From the IMG/VR virus record IMGVR_UViG_3300042898_001439, positions 14,726-78,725 of that record: DNA of 64,000 nt, one strand, 5' to 3'. Origin of the DNA: a virus. The notes below the pieces were generated by a model. The model searched no databases and was not told the origin of the DNA. It saw nothing but the letters and a program-made list of their open reading frames with translations. The position numbers were made by a program, and so were the translations under genes. This document shows, piece by piece, positions 36,763 through 46,628 of this stretch (within the stretch, counting starts at the first letter, position 1; each line of letters starts with the position of its first letter).

Positions 36763-38885
36763 CAGTCAAGGATTTCAATTTCAGCTCCAAGAGCTACAAG
36801 TTGTCTAATTTGGTCTTCGGTCATTTCAATTTCACCACCCATTTGAGCATAGGCTTCACCCATATAAGTTCTTGAAGCAAGAGTTTCATCAGGTCTAAAA
36901 TTACCCATAATATCATAATCACCTCTTTGTCCAGTAACACCCATAGGTGCAGCTTCATAAAGGTTATCTGTAAACGTTCTACGTTGAATCTCTCTTGCAG
37001 CCTGACTCTCTTTTTTATTTCTACCAAACCACGAACCAAGACTTACAAGATCACCCACAGTATTTGTAGCACTTTTAAAACCTTTTCCAAATGTAGAATA
37101 ATCAGCATATCTATCTTTTAGATAGTCTTTACCCTTATCAACAAGGGCCCTCCCAATCTCTGGTGCAGCCTTTTTTAGACGATACATATCTTCATCCATA
37201 GGTTGACCACGTTTATTCTGAGTCATGTAGGCAATATCTTTCTTATCAAAAGGATTATTAGTTTCCCAAAACTTAGAAAAATCAGATGAAAGCTGTTGAT
37301 CTGGAAGCATTGGTCCCATTTGTGTATTCTTAGGTTTAGAAGGCCACAAGGTACCATATTTGTCTAATTGACCTTTCGCGACTTCATAAGCAGCGTTATC
37401 TGCTACATTATCTACATCGTAGTTTCCATCAGCTCTGGCAGCTATCTCAGCATTCGCCAAGATTTCATCCATAGCCATCTGACCCATTCCAGATCTACCA
37501 CTTGGAAAGCAGTTTGTTTTATCTTGACCCATACCTGATCCACCACTTGGAAAGCAGTTTGTTATGACTTGACCCATACCTGATCCAGCACCTCTTCTAG
37601 CCGGTGCAGGGATATCTGAAACAAATCCAGCAGGAGCTGCTTGCTCATCAAGAGAGTATTCTCTCATTCCAGCAATATCTGGACTAAGTGGTGCATCAGA
37701 TAATCCAGCCGTTCTAGAATCAAAATCCATTTCATCTAAATACATATTACCCATTCCAGAGCCACCCTTTTGGTATTCCATCATACCACCGTAAGCTTTA
37801 GCAAAGTTTTTAGCAAAGTTTGCTTTACGTCTCATCTCAGGTGAATACTTGCCCTCTGGTGCATCTAAAATCTTTTTGGCAGCTTCCTGTACACTAAGAC
37901 CCATACGTGTAGCCTGTGCTTTAAAAGTGCCCTTCTTAGCAGGATCTAGTTCAATACCACCATCCTTAAAGTAAGCCATTGCAGTAAAAGGTATTCCACC
38001 TTTCTTATACTCCATTTGACCTCCACACTCATAGCAAGGCATACCACCTTGAGCATACATATCACCACCGTACATCATGTTAGCCATAATCTTAGCTTGT
38101 ACTTCTTGTGGTAATGCTTGAAATCCTTCATTTTGGGGTTCACCACCTTCTGCCCAAGTACGGAATCTTTTATGCCAGTAAAGGGGGCTAAACGGATCAG
38201 TAGCTTTAGCTGAGTTACGTCCACCCATTCTATCCCAAAAACGGTCTCTACGATTTTCATTACGGTGTTGGGTAAAGTCTTTCATACCCTTATAACCACC
38301 ATGTACTACTTTGTACTTATCACCTTTTTTAGCAAGTACCATCCATTTCTTACCAGGACGTGTAGATTGTTTCTTTGTACCAACTTTAGTAAAACCTTGA
38401 TTCTTATAACGCTGAGGTATACCACCATTACGCATTTCTTCCATTTCACCCTGTTCTTGAGCTTCAGGATTGTACATCATGTAATCATAGATAGCACCAG
38501 CACTATCATCCATTACGGCAAGCTTAGATGCTACCCACGGTTCAACTTCTGAGTTTGAATTAAGAAACTGTTGAAGCTTAGACATTTTATCAGTAACAGC
38601 AGCAATCTGACCTAGTGCCATTTCACCACCTTCATCCATCATTGGAAACTTATAGTCACCGTACATAATACCACCATTAGCCATCATGCTCAAGTCTGCC
38701 ATCATTTGGTTAACTGAGCCTTGTACTTCCATACCATCTTCCGCTTTACGGTAACCACCACCTCTTTTTTTATAAGTCTCAACTAACCATGACGAAGCAT
38801 AAGCAGAAGGCCAAACATCAAACTTAGATTTTGCTTCTGATTTAACTCGTGCGTAGAGTTCGGGATTTGTAGGTTTGTTAGCCAT
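36762..38885 (-). CDS. Modular virion-associated protein (707 aa) with repeated xxGG linkers
   Basis: Short distinct modules separated by MANGG, MDEGG, MRNGG, WAEGG, YAQGG, YKKGG, FKDGG, YQKGG, AQMGG. Confidence 0.75.
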   Translation of the reverse strand: MANKPTNPELYARVKSEAKSKFDVWPSAYASSWLVETYKKRGGGYRKAEDGMEVQGSVNQMMADLSMMANGGIMYGDYKFPMMDEGGEMALGQIAAVTDKMSKLQQFLNSNSEVEPWVASKLAVMDDSAGAIYDYMMYNPEAQEQGEMEEMRNGGIPQRYKNQGFTKVGTKKQSTRPGKKWMVLAKKGDKYKVVHGGYKGMKDFTQHRNENRRDRFWDRMGGRNSAKATDPFSPLYWHKRFRTWAEGGEPQNEGFQALPQEVQAKIMANMMYGGDMYAQGGMPCYECGGQMEYKKGGIPFTAMAYFKDGGIELDPAKKGTFKAQATRMGLSVQEAAKKILDAPEGKYSPEMRRKANFAKNFAKAYGGMMEYQKGGSGMGNMYLDEMDFDSRTAGLSDAPLSPDIAGMREYSLDEQAAPAGFVSDIPAPARRGAGSGMGQVITNCFPSGGSGMGQDKTNCFPSGRSGMGQMAMDEILANAEIAARADGNYDVDNVADNAAYEVAKGQLDKYGTLWPSKPKNTQMGPMLPDQQLSSDFSKFWETNNPFDKKDIAYMTQNKRGQPMDEDMYRLKKAAPEIGRALVDKGKDYLKDRYADYSTFGKGFKSATNTVGDLVSLGSWFGRNKKESQAAREIQRRTFTDNLYEAAPMGVTGQRGDYDIMGNFRPDETLASRTYMGEAYAQMGGEIEMTEDQIRQLVALGAEIEILD
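37480..37592 (-). repeat. 45-bp in-frame tandem repeat, ~2.5 copies (GSGMGQxxTNCFPSG)
   Basis: Units start at 37480, 37525 and 37570 with TGACCCAT.CC.GATC. Confidence 0.9.
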
Positions 38886-38904
38886 AATTTAAAAACAATA
38901 AGTC

Positions 38905-38922
38905 CTCTATATAATTTCGTCT
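38905..38922 (-). promoter_or_regulatory. Degenerate putative late promoter motif
   Basis: AGACGAAATTATATAGAG upstream of the 707-aa gene. Confidence 0.35.
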
Positions 38923-38944
38923 TTTTTTACTAGATTTCCAAACA

Positions 38945-41911
38945 TTAATCGTTACTAATAGCTTTTTGGTAAGCCTTTTGGAAATCTTTAAACGCTTCTT
39001 CTTTTGATTTGTACTTCAAAACTCCATTACCATTGTAGTTTTTTAACCAATAGTCAAATAATTCACGTGAGTTACTTGGATCTGGTAGTGCTTTTGGTGA
39101 CAAGGCATATCTATATCTAGCTGCAGCCATTGCAGCAACTGGATTATCTTCTCTAAGAAGCTTATTAAAGTCTTTCTTATCCGTTGGAAGATTCAGCTTT
39201 TTAAAGTTTTCAAACTGTCTTTGCTGTGCAGTATTATAAGCACCCTCATTACCTCTGCCAGTAAACATATCAGTTAATGCAATAGGGTCAATAGACATAA
39301 ATGAAGATGTATAGTTTCTACCGTAAGCACTTGGATTCGTACCATATGTGTTTTCCATATATGCAGTAGCCTGTAGTAAATTCTCAACAGCTTTTCTATT
39401 CTTAGGATCTTCTAAGGCAACAATCTGATTGATACCGTAATCAATTTGTTCAGGTCTAGAAAGTTTTTTCCAATCTGTAGGTTTGGTTTTGGTCGCTGGT
39501 TCATCGGAAGAAGCCATAAAAGATTTAAAAGCATTTACTGCTGCATCCTTCATACCAGTAAAAAATGCTGGTTTAATTCCTTCCGGCATCATAAAACCAC
39601 CAAGTTGATATCCCTTTGGTGAATATGTAGTTGGTGAAGGTCTTTTATTTCTAGTATTCTTATACATAGGTGGAGAGTAAGTTGCTTTAACTGCACCATA
39701 TGGTTCAGGTCTAAACTCACCAACACTACCATATCTGTTACCAACACCTACTCCAAGATCACCCTCAATACTAAATCTACCACGATTAGCAAGCTCACGG
39801 TTATACTCAGCGTTAGCACCTGCGGTTAATCTAGGTCTAAGATTATTATAATCTAACTCATTACCCGTACCGGTAAATTCCGTGTAATCATTAGTCTGAA
39901 AGTTTACACCACCATAGGGTCCCCAAGAAAGATCTTCTTTTCTGTTATCAATAGGGTTGAATCTTTTACCTGCTTGTGCTCTAATACTGGCACCGCGTAA
40001 AGGATCTGCACCAAGTCTAACCATACCTTGTGTACCATACTTCTGATTATCATAATCTAAACCAGCTGCAATACCGGGACCTTGTTTAGTACCATATACT
40101 TCTCCGTAATACTTAGATTCATCTTTAGGATTCATCATATATCTAAAAGAAGCAATAGGAGAATTATACATAGAGTCATAACCAGCAGATGCTGACATTT
40201 GTCCACCTTGTTGGTATCGTACAGGCTTATATCCTTTCAACCAATCTTTTTGTAATATTCTACCTTCATCAATTGATATCTGTTTATCAGCAATTTGACT
40301 CCACGGCTTATTTTTATATCTATTTCTCCAATTAGCGGAGCCTATTGGAACTTCAGCTATAAAGTTATCACCATAATCTGCAGCAGTCTTAAACTTTGGT
40401 GTAAAGTATGGATTAGTTCCAAAACTTTTACTTGCTCTGAAAGTTTTTCCAGGAAAATATTCAACAGGAACATCTTGTTTAGCTCTAAATACTCTTGATT
40501 GCAAAGCATCTTCCATACCCTCTTGACCTATTCCTCTCCACATTGTATTTTCTGGAAGATTATATTGATATGCTTTTGGATTTAATCTCCACGCATTTCT
40601 TAAAGGTGTTTGTGTTGCAGCATAACTTGCTGCATCACCCATAATTTTCATTAATGGTTTTGCTACAGCTTTAACCATTGGTGCAGCAACAACAGGTAGC
40701 ACAGCATCAATCAAACCTTCACCCTCTATTCTACCAGTTGCAGGTGTAGCATAAGCACGTGCAGCAGCAATTCTATCTTGCTGTAAACGTTGTTCTGCAG
40801 CTTGAATTTGCTGAGGACTAAAGAAATCCGGACGTATATATGGTTGTGGTATTTCAAGTCCAGCTTGAGCTCTTTTATGATTATAGTTAATTCTTTGACT
40901 GGAAGTCTTTTCTCTTTTAAATCTTGCCTTTTCAGAAGATGACATTTCTGATGTAGTCTTAGGAGTAGTAGAGTTTACTCTTTTACTTGGTCTGCATGCA
41001 GGATAAGGTCTACCGTCTTTGTCTTTACCAGAACGTCCGCAGTCTTTACCTGTCTTTACATCAACCCACTTCTCAGCAAACCATTGTTTTAGTCCACCAG
41101 AACCAAACTCTTCAAGATCTCCACCGTATTCTTTTTTAAAATATAAATCTTTAGAATGATTAGGATGTATTTGTGCATAACCATCTGGAAGATAATTTTC
41201 ATAAGACATCTTTACAATAAAATCTTCTTTTTCTTTTTCATTCATAAATGGATTAAGAGAAAGTGCTGATCCAACAAAGTTGTTAATCATGTCTTCAGCG
41301 CTCATTCTTGCAGTAGCAGGAATATTTCTATAGTTACCTTCCAAACTGGGCACAAATGCTTTTACTTCATGTGCAAGTCCTGCAAGATTTGAACCTATAA
41401 AACCTAATGCTTTTGCTGGAATTGTCGTAGGACCCATTGGATACGGTGCTAACTTATTAGCAATAGCATCAGCAGTATACATACCAGCAACAGTATGTCT
41501 AATATTATCTACCGGACCTTCACCTTCAGGTGCAACTTTTTGTGAAAGATCAGCAGCTCTACCTTTTGGGTCACCCAACATTTCATTAATTCTACCTTCA
41601 GCAGTTAAAGGTGTTTTACCCTGAGCAACATCAATTCTTGCTTGACGTATTTGTCTTGGTGTAAAAAAGTTAGGACGAATAAAAGGTTGCGGTACTTGAG
41701 CACCAACTTGAGCCATTGGTATTTCAAACACCTGCTTACCAGGAAATTGATATTCACCACCCGGATACATCATCTGAGCATTACCCGTATCATCTATACC
41801 GTATACAGGAAAGTCTACATCCTTCATAGTAATTCTACCAGAAGGAATAATATTATACGGCTTCTTTACATCCGGAGAATATCTCTTGTATCCAAGTTTT
41901 GATTTCTTCAT
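38945..41911 (-). CDS. Modular virion-associated protein (988 aa) with C-terminal lysozyme-like domain
   Basis: Modules split by KEYGG, FGSGG, YQQGG, YQLGG; C-terminal LLQATAYMENTYG...AAARYRY...LP...YWLKNYN. Confidence 0.7.
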   Translation of the reverse strand: MKKSKLGYKRYSPDVKKPYNIIPSGRITMKDVDFPVYGIDDTGNAQMMYPGGEYQFPGKQVFEIPMAQVGAQVPQPFIRPNFFTPRQIRQARIDVAQGKTPLTAEGRINEMLGDPKGRAADLSQKVAPEGEGPVDNIRHTVAGMYTADAIANKLAPYPMGPTTIPAKALGFIGSNLAGLAHEVKAFVPSLEGNYRNIPATARMSAEDMINNFVGSALSLNPFMNEKEKEDFIVKMSYENYLPDGYAQIHPNHSKDLYFKKEYGGDLEEFGSGGLKQWFAEKWVDVKTGKDCGRSGKDKDGRPYPACRPSKRVNSTTPKTTSEMSSSEKARFKREKTSSQRINYNHKRAQAGLEIPQPYIRPDFFSPQQIQAAEQRLQQDRIAAARAYATPATGRIEGEGLIDAVLPVVAAPMVKAVAKPLMKIMGDAASYAATQTPLRNAWRLNPKAYQYNLPENTMWRGIGQEGMEDALQSRVFRAKQDVPVEYFPGKTFRASKSFGTNPYFTPKFKTAADYGDNFIAEVPIGSANWRNRYKNKPWSQIADKQISIDEGRILQKDWLKGYKPVRYQQGGQMSASAGYDSMYNSPIASFRYMMNPKDESKYYGEVYGTKQGPGIAAGLDYDNQKYGTQGMVRLGADPLRGASIRAQAGKRFNPIDNRKEDLSWGPYGGVNFQTNDYTEFTGTGNELDYNNLRPRLTAGANAEYNRELANRGRFSIEGDLGVGVGNRYGSVGEFRPEPYGAVKATYSPPMYKNTRNKRPSPTTYSPKGYQLGGFMMPEGIKPAFFTGMKDAAVNAFKSFMASSDEPATKTKPTDWKKLSRPEQIDYGINQIVALEDPKNRKAVENLLQATAYMENTYGTNPSAYGRNYTSSFMSIDPIALTDMFTGRGNEGAYNTAQQRQFENFKKLNLPTDKKDFNKLLREDNPVAAMAAARYRYALSPKALPDPSNSRELFDYWLKNYNGNGVLKYKSKEEAFKDFQKAYQKAISND

Positions 41912-44900
41912 CGAGGTGAATATTGTACTTTAACAGTAGCCAGATTCAAAAGAATGTGATTATTTCCACTAAAGTTCTTTCTAAACATAATGTGATTATG
42001 ATAGTGTCTGAACTTCTTACGCTGATGCGGATCCTTAGTATAGTCTAGGTTTACAGTATTAAGATTTCTGATATACCCATTAGGTTCAGTATTCCAAATA
42101 GTTCTACGTACAGTACTAAACTCACCACGGTCACTGGTAATATCCCAGAACTGATTAAATCTGTACTTATTCTCTTCCTTACTGTAAAGAATATCAATAT
42201 CAGCAACGTTTACTCTCGGATAGGTGAGAATTGCAGCAGAGTTATTCTTAGGAGTAAGATTAAGTTTTAGCATACCAGAAACCTGTTCAGAGTTATGTAC
42301 AACAGCTCTGTCAAAATTGAAGTCTAGAACATGGTGCGCATCAGAACAGTTCTCTCTGTATTGATAAGCTTCTATTTGGTATTCTACACTACGAAGTGTA
42401 GTTATAGTCACCCCTGTATTAGACAGAATCTCTACTTCAAAAGGGTAATCTGTTCCATAGAAGTTATTAAAGCTTTGGCAAGTGTCATTATGCAACCACA
42501 GCTTGTTATCCTTAATTGAGAAAAAGTGTGACTGCGAAGGAATCAAAAGATTTGGATGCCAGTCATGCAAAGAAACCCAAGAGTTGCTTTTCAAGTCATA
42601 ACTCAAAGTCCAAGAAGCTTCAGCAAAATAATTCGGATCCTGTAGGGTAACCGTTACAAGACGATTATTAGCAAGAGCAAACTGATTATCTCTAACATGC
42701 ACAAGTTGTCCTTTAAACTCTGGACGAAGCATGTAGTCTTTCTTACTGAAGTATACAAGCTCCTCAGTACTATCAAAGATTACCGATGTTCCAACACCGT
42801 TTACAGAGTTATCAGTAAGCGGAAAATCCGGAAAGTCTTCAAGAATCATAAACGGCATGTAACGTGATAACCACCATTTCATACCAGTTCTTGAAATCTC
42901 TTTTAACCCTTCAGAATACTGGAAAATCTTACCTTGTTTAGATGACATCCAGAATACACCGTATGGTGTAGATGTTGACCCAAACGTGCTTTGACAAGTA
43001 CCATATTCATATCCTGAATCAGCAGCAAGCAAAGCTTGTGGTGCTCTGTCAAATACCTCAGCGTCACCCACAGATATCTTAGTACCCAAATCCAACTGAA
43101 GAGTATCCTGAGCTAAGAATCTCAAAGGCGGATGATTCTCCTGAAGAATTAAGAACGTTCCGTCAACATTGATCTTAATATTAGCAACACGGCTATCAAA
43201 ATCATAAACATTATTAGTTAAGAAAACTTTCCAAGGATCTTTAATCTGCGTACTACTTGTAGACGGTAAAGAATAAATAGCTTTTGTAGGGTAGTAAATC
43301 TCACAATCTTCTGCTGTTACCGGATTGTAGTAGCGAGCTTGAAGAATAGAGTGAGTATACTTTTGAGTTGGGAAGTTAGAGATATTAAGAGTAAGGTCAT
43401 ACTTGTAGTAGTTACCAGTAGTAATAATCTTAATATCAAACAGATCTTCTAGTCTTGTGTATTCTTTATGATCATAGTGACGAGTTTCAGGTCTATCATC
43501 ATGATCTCTATGTGCAGTATTAAACTCAGACTCTACAAAGAAGTCTTTAATACCAGAGCTAAACAAGTAGATGTAACCGTATCTAATTCCAAAACCTATA
43601 CTATTAACTAGACTTCTATTCATGTCTAAGTTATGAAGATTCGAGGGAAGAGTTGCTGCATCAGGAATAGTTTCTCTATTCTGTTGTGCAATGCTACTAC
43701 TAAACAATCCTGAAACCCAGTTAGATATATTGTCACCGATTCCAGTAAAGAACTCTTCAAGCTCCCATCTTTCTGTGTTCATCCAATATGTTGGGAACGG
43801 AACGTTAATATACTTTGTATAGTCATATACGGTTCCGTCTGGCTGATCTGTCATCCAGTTATTAAAAAAGAACATTGTATTCTTCTCTGTATAACGGTTG
43901 ATGTAAATGTCACCACCAAATACTAATGGAGAAGTAAACTTCTGTCCATTTTGTACAAATCCAGGAATTACAAATCTGCAACCAGTTGGAAGAATAATAG
44001 TACTATCAATCTGACCATATTGATTCTCGTAATCAATCTTCATTGCACCATAGTGCGAAGAAATATTACGAACCTTTTCATCAAATGGATTCTTCCAAGA
44101 ACGTGATTCTCCAACAGTGTAACGAGAATCATCTACAATAGTAGGATGCTGTAGATCACTACCAGTTTTAAATACTACAGTTCTAGTTCTGTAAAGGTTA
44201 TTCACAGAAATCCTATTTTCAAACTGTTGAAGCTGAGGATATACATAAGCAGATTCTGAAATCAACCTACGGGTATTACCTACCGGTGCCTTCTTAAACT
44301 GATTATAAAACCCATAAGCAACATGTTGTAAAGCATGCTGTCTGTACTGAAGAAAATCATAAAACTTATCAAGGTAATCATTTGTACCCTCAGTTAGTCC
44401 TTGAATAATGGCAGGAATAGCTGCTGCAAATCTCAAAGGTTGAGGTAAATCATTAAGATCGGAACTTTCAATATTTTGTGTTAAAAAACCAAGTGATGCC
44501 CATTGAGCAGCACCTGAAGGATCAAGCAAAGTGCCAAGTGTAGTAGCCCATCTATCAAGAGTTCCTGCAGAGGGAGGAAGAAGTCCACCTCTTATTATAC
44601 TTGGAATATTTGGTAATGTAAATGTTCTTTGACCTCTTAAGTGTTTATCCAACTTGCCAAGACCTAAAAGCAAAGAAACCAAAGCTGTAAGGTTTCTAAT
44701 AATTACATGCTTGGGGTGCTCACTTGGTTCAATGAACTTACCTTTTGCTTTACCGTATGCTTCACCATAAACCTTAAGTTCTGTAGCGGACAAGAACGTT
44801 TTGTTAAAACCAAACTCAGGTGAGTGAAAAGAAAAGTATCTCTTGTTATTCTTATAGGTATCTAGCTCTTCAACCTGGTGGTTGTTAAGTGCGGTTCCAC

Positions 44901-46611
44901 CCTTTACAAAGTTTGTAGAAAGGAACGGATCTTTTCTTAGATCATTAAATGGATAGTTTGTAAAAAGAATAGTTTGATCATCTTCTTCTCTCTCACCAGG
45001 CAACTGGTAAGTACCCATGTTATTAATGAGACCCTTGGCAAGAATAGTTTTATTACCAAGTCTTGATCCTCTAAGAATCTCATACCCTACAATAGAAGTA
45101 ATACGATTACCATCATTATCTACAGGAACGGTAATATTGGTAAAGTCAATACCAAGAACTACAATCTTAGTTCCATCAGTATTATGTCTAGGAATCAACC
45201 CATCATCTGGAAACTTGTGATGTCTAATAGGTTTACCACACAATTCAGCCCAACGTTCTGGTTTGTTATCAGGATATCTTTCTGTAGATTCCCAGTAACC
45301 CATCTCACCTCTTCCAATAATCTTACCTCCATCAGAGAGTAATTCTGTCTGTGCAGAAGTAATTGTAGCAGTATTGTAGTTCTGCCAACGCTTACTCTTA
45401 TTAGAATAAATTACGTCATTACCAACAACATTCTCTAAATCAGATGGTAATGCAGCTCTTCCAGGAATATGGTATGCAAGTGATCTTTCACCTGTATTGT
45501 AAACCCAGCGAATAAAGAAGGCATATTGCTCATCACGCATGTAACCACGGTTACTACCATTCTGATAGTAATCTGCTGGATACTCTACAGCAACCCATCT
45601 GCTCTTAATTTTATTTGCTTGAGACTGATAGTTGAAGTTAAAACGCTCATATACCCCTGTTCTAATAAGATAGTTTCCGGTTGGAAACATTGTATCAGAC
45701 TTCTCATATACAGCATTAAGAATAGGAATTCTAGACAGCTCAACAGTTACAAGAGAAATTGCAACATTATCAACACTAATGATATTCTGATTTGTACTAT
45801 AGTAACCTAAGATCTTAGCATCAGCTTGTAAAGTCTTAGTATTACTAATAATTACAAGTTCGTATTCTTCAAAAGCTTCTGTCTCTAAACCTGTAATCTT
45901 AATCTCAAAAGAACCGTTTGCATTATCATGATCAAACAATGATAAAACATTAGACAAAGCAATATAGTCTGTTACTCGTTGTCCGTTGATTGAGTAGGCG
46001 ATGGCCGCTTGATATGAGCCATTATATAAAGTGCCAGCATTGTCTCCTCTTCCCATTGAAATACATGGTACTTTAAAGAGAGGAGCCAAACGTAAGGCTT
46101 CACAATTGAGTTCATCTGTTGGGGTATTTACCACACAGTCATTAACTACAGTTCTTGTAGTTATGTACGGAGGGTTATTAATATTCAGTGTGCGTGATGG
46201 ATTCTTTCCATCATCCCAATAGATCTGCCTACTGCAGTCAAAGTTCTCCCTAGAGGCTCCTGTAATAAGATGATTCTTATCAAATGCTAAGCATGAGGCG
46301 TTAACAATTTTAGTATAAGTGCAAGTAGCTTCTTTAAAATAACCAATCTCACTATTGTTGTTATCCGTAGAAAATATTACCCACTCATCATCTGTGATAT
46401 GGATTGTACCTATAACTGTGTATGGAGCTTGTGCACAGAACTTATTAGAAGGTTCATTAGATAATACACCTACATCACCCTGAAATGAAGAGTTCACAGC
46501 ATTACGTGCGTGTGACCAAGAACCATCAGGGTGAAACAGATCGGCATTATCTTTCACCATCCCCTTGTTAAAGGCAATGGGTGATGTTCCTTCTTGATTC
46601 TGTTTAGCCAT
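41908..46611 (-). CDS. Tail stabilisation/muzzle protein (crAss-like)
   Basis: 1567 aa beta-rich; FNKGMVKD...HARN, GYMRDEQYAF, IRHHKFP, WTLSYD...WVSLHDW; follows ring proteins. Confidence 0.85.
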   Translation of the reverse strand: MAKQNQEGTSPIAFNKGMVKDNADLFHPDGSWSHARNAVNSSFQGDVGVLSNEPSNKFCAQAPYTVIGTIHITDDEWVIFSTDNNNSEIGYFKEATCTYTKIVNASCLAFDKNHLITGASRENFDCSRQIYWDDGKNPSRTLNINNPPYITTRTVVNDCVVNTPTDELNCEALRLAPLFKVPCISMGRGDNAGTLYNGSYQAAIAYSINGQRVTDYIALSNVLSLFDHDNANGSFEIKITGLETEAFEEYELVIISNTKTLQADAKILGYYSTNQNIISVDNVAISLVTVELSRIPILNAVYEKSDTMFPTGNYLIRTGVYERFNFNYQSQANKIKSRWVAVEYPADYYQNGSNRGYMRDEQYAFFIRWVYNTGERSLAYHIPGRAALPSDLENVVGNDVIYSNKSKRWQNYNTATITSAQTELLSDGGKIIGRGEMGYWESTERYPDNKPERWAELCGKPIRHHKFPDDGLIPRHNTDGTKIVVLGIDFTNITVPVDNDGNRITSIVGYEILRGSRLGNKTILAKGLINNMGTYQLPGEREEDDQTILFTNYPFNDLRKDPFLSTNFVKGGTALNNHQVEELDTYKNNKRYFSFHSPEFGFNKTFLSATELKVYGEAYGKAKGKFIEPSEHPKHVIIRNLTALVSLLLGLGKLDKHLRGQRTFTLPNIPSIIRGGLLPPSAGTLDRWATTLGTLLDPSGAAQWASLGFLTQNIESSDLNDLPQPLRFAAAIPAIIQGLTEGTNDYLDKFYDFLQYRQHALQHVAYGFYNQFKKAPVGNTRRLISESAYVYPQLQQFENRISVNNLYRTRTVVFKTGSDLQHPTIVDDSRYTVGESRSWKNPFDEKVRNISSHYGAMKIDYENQYGQIDSTIILPTGCRFVIPGFVQNGQKFTSPLVFGGDIYINRYTEKNTMFFFNNWMTDQPDGTVYDYTKYINVPFPTYWMNTERWELEEFFTGIGDNISNWVSGLFSSSIAQQNRETIPDAATLPSNLHNLDMNRSLVNSIGFGIRYGYIYLFSSGIKDFFVESEFNTAHRDHDDRPETRHYDHKEYTRLEDLFDIKIITTGNYYKYDLTLNISNFPTQKYTHSILQARYYNPVTAEDCEIYYPTKAIYSLPSTSSTQIKDPWKVFLTNNVYDFDSRVANIKINVDGTFLILQENHPPLRFLAQDTLQLDLGTKISVGDAEVFDRAPQALLAADSGYEYGTCQSTFGSTSTPYGVFWMSSKQGKIFQYSEGLKEISRTGMKWWLSRYMPFMILEDFPDFPLTDNSVNGVGTSVIFDSTEELVYFSKKDYMLRPEFKGQLVHVRDNQFALANNRLVTVTLQDPNYFAEASWTLSYDLKSNSWVSLHDWHPNLLIPSQSHFFSIKDNKLWLHNDTCQSFNNFYGTDYPFEVEILSNTGVTITTLRSVEYQIEAYQYRENCSDAHHVLDFNFDRAVVHNSEQVSGMLKLNLTPKNNSAAILTYPRVNVADIDILYSKEENKYRFNQFWDITSDRGEFSTVRRTIWNTEPNGYIRNLNTVNLDYTKDPHQRKKFRHYHNHIMFRKNFSGNNHILLNLATVKVQYSPR

Positions 46612-46628
46612 TTTTTATTTCTTTAGTA

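Noticed and set aside
37480-37592. CRISPR-like mini-array
   Set aside because: Units are contiguous, in frame and lack unique spacers; this is a coding repeat.
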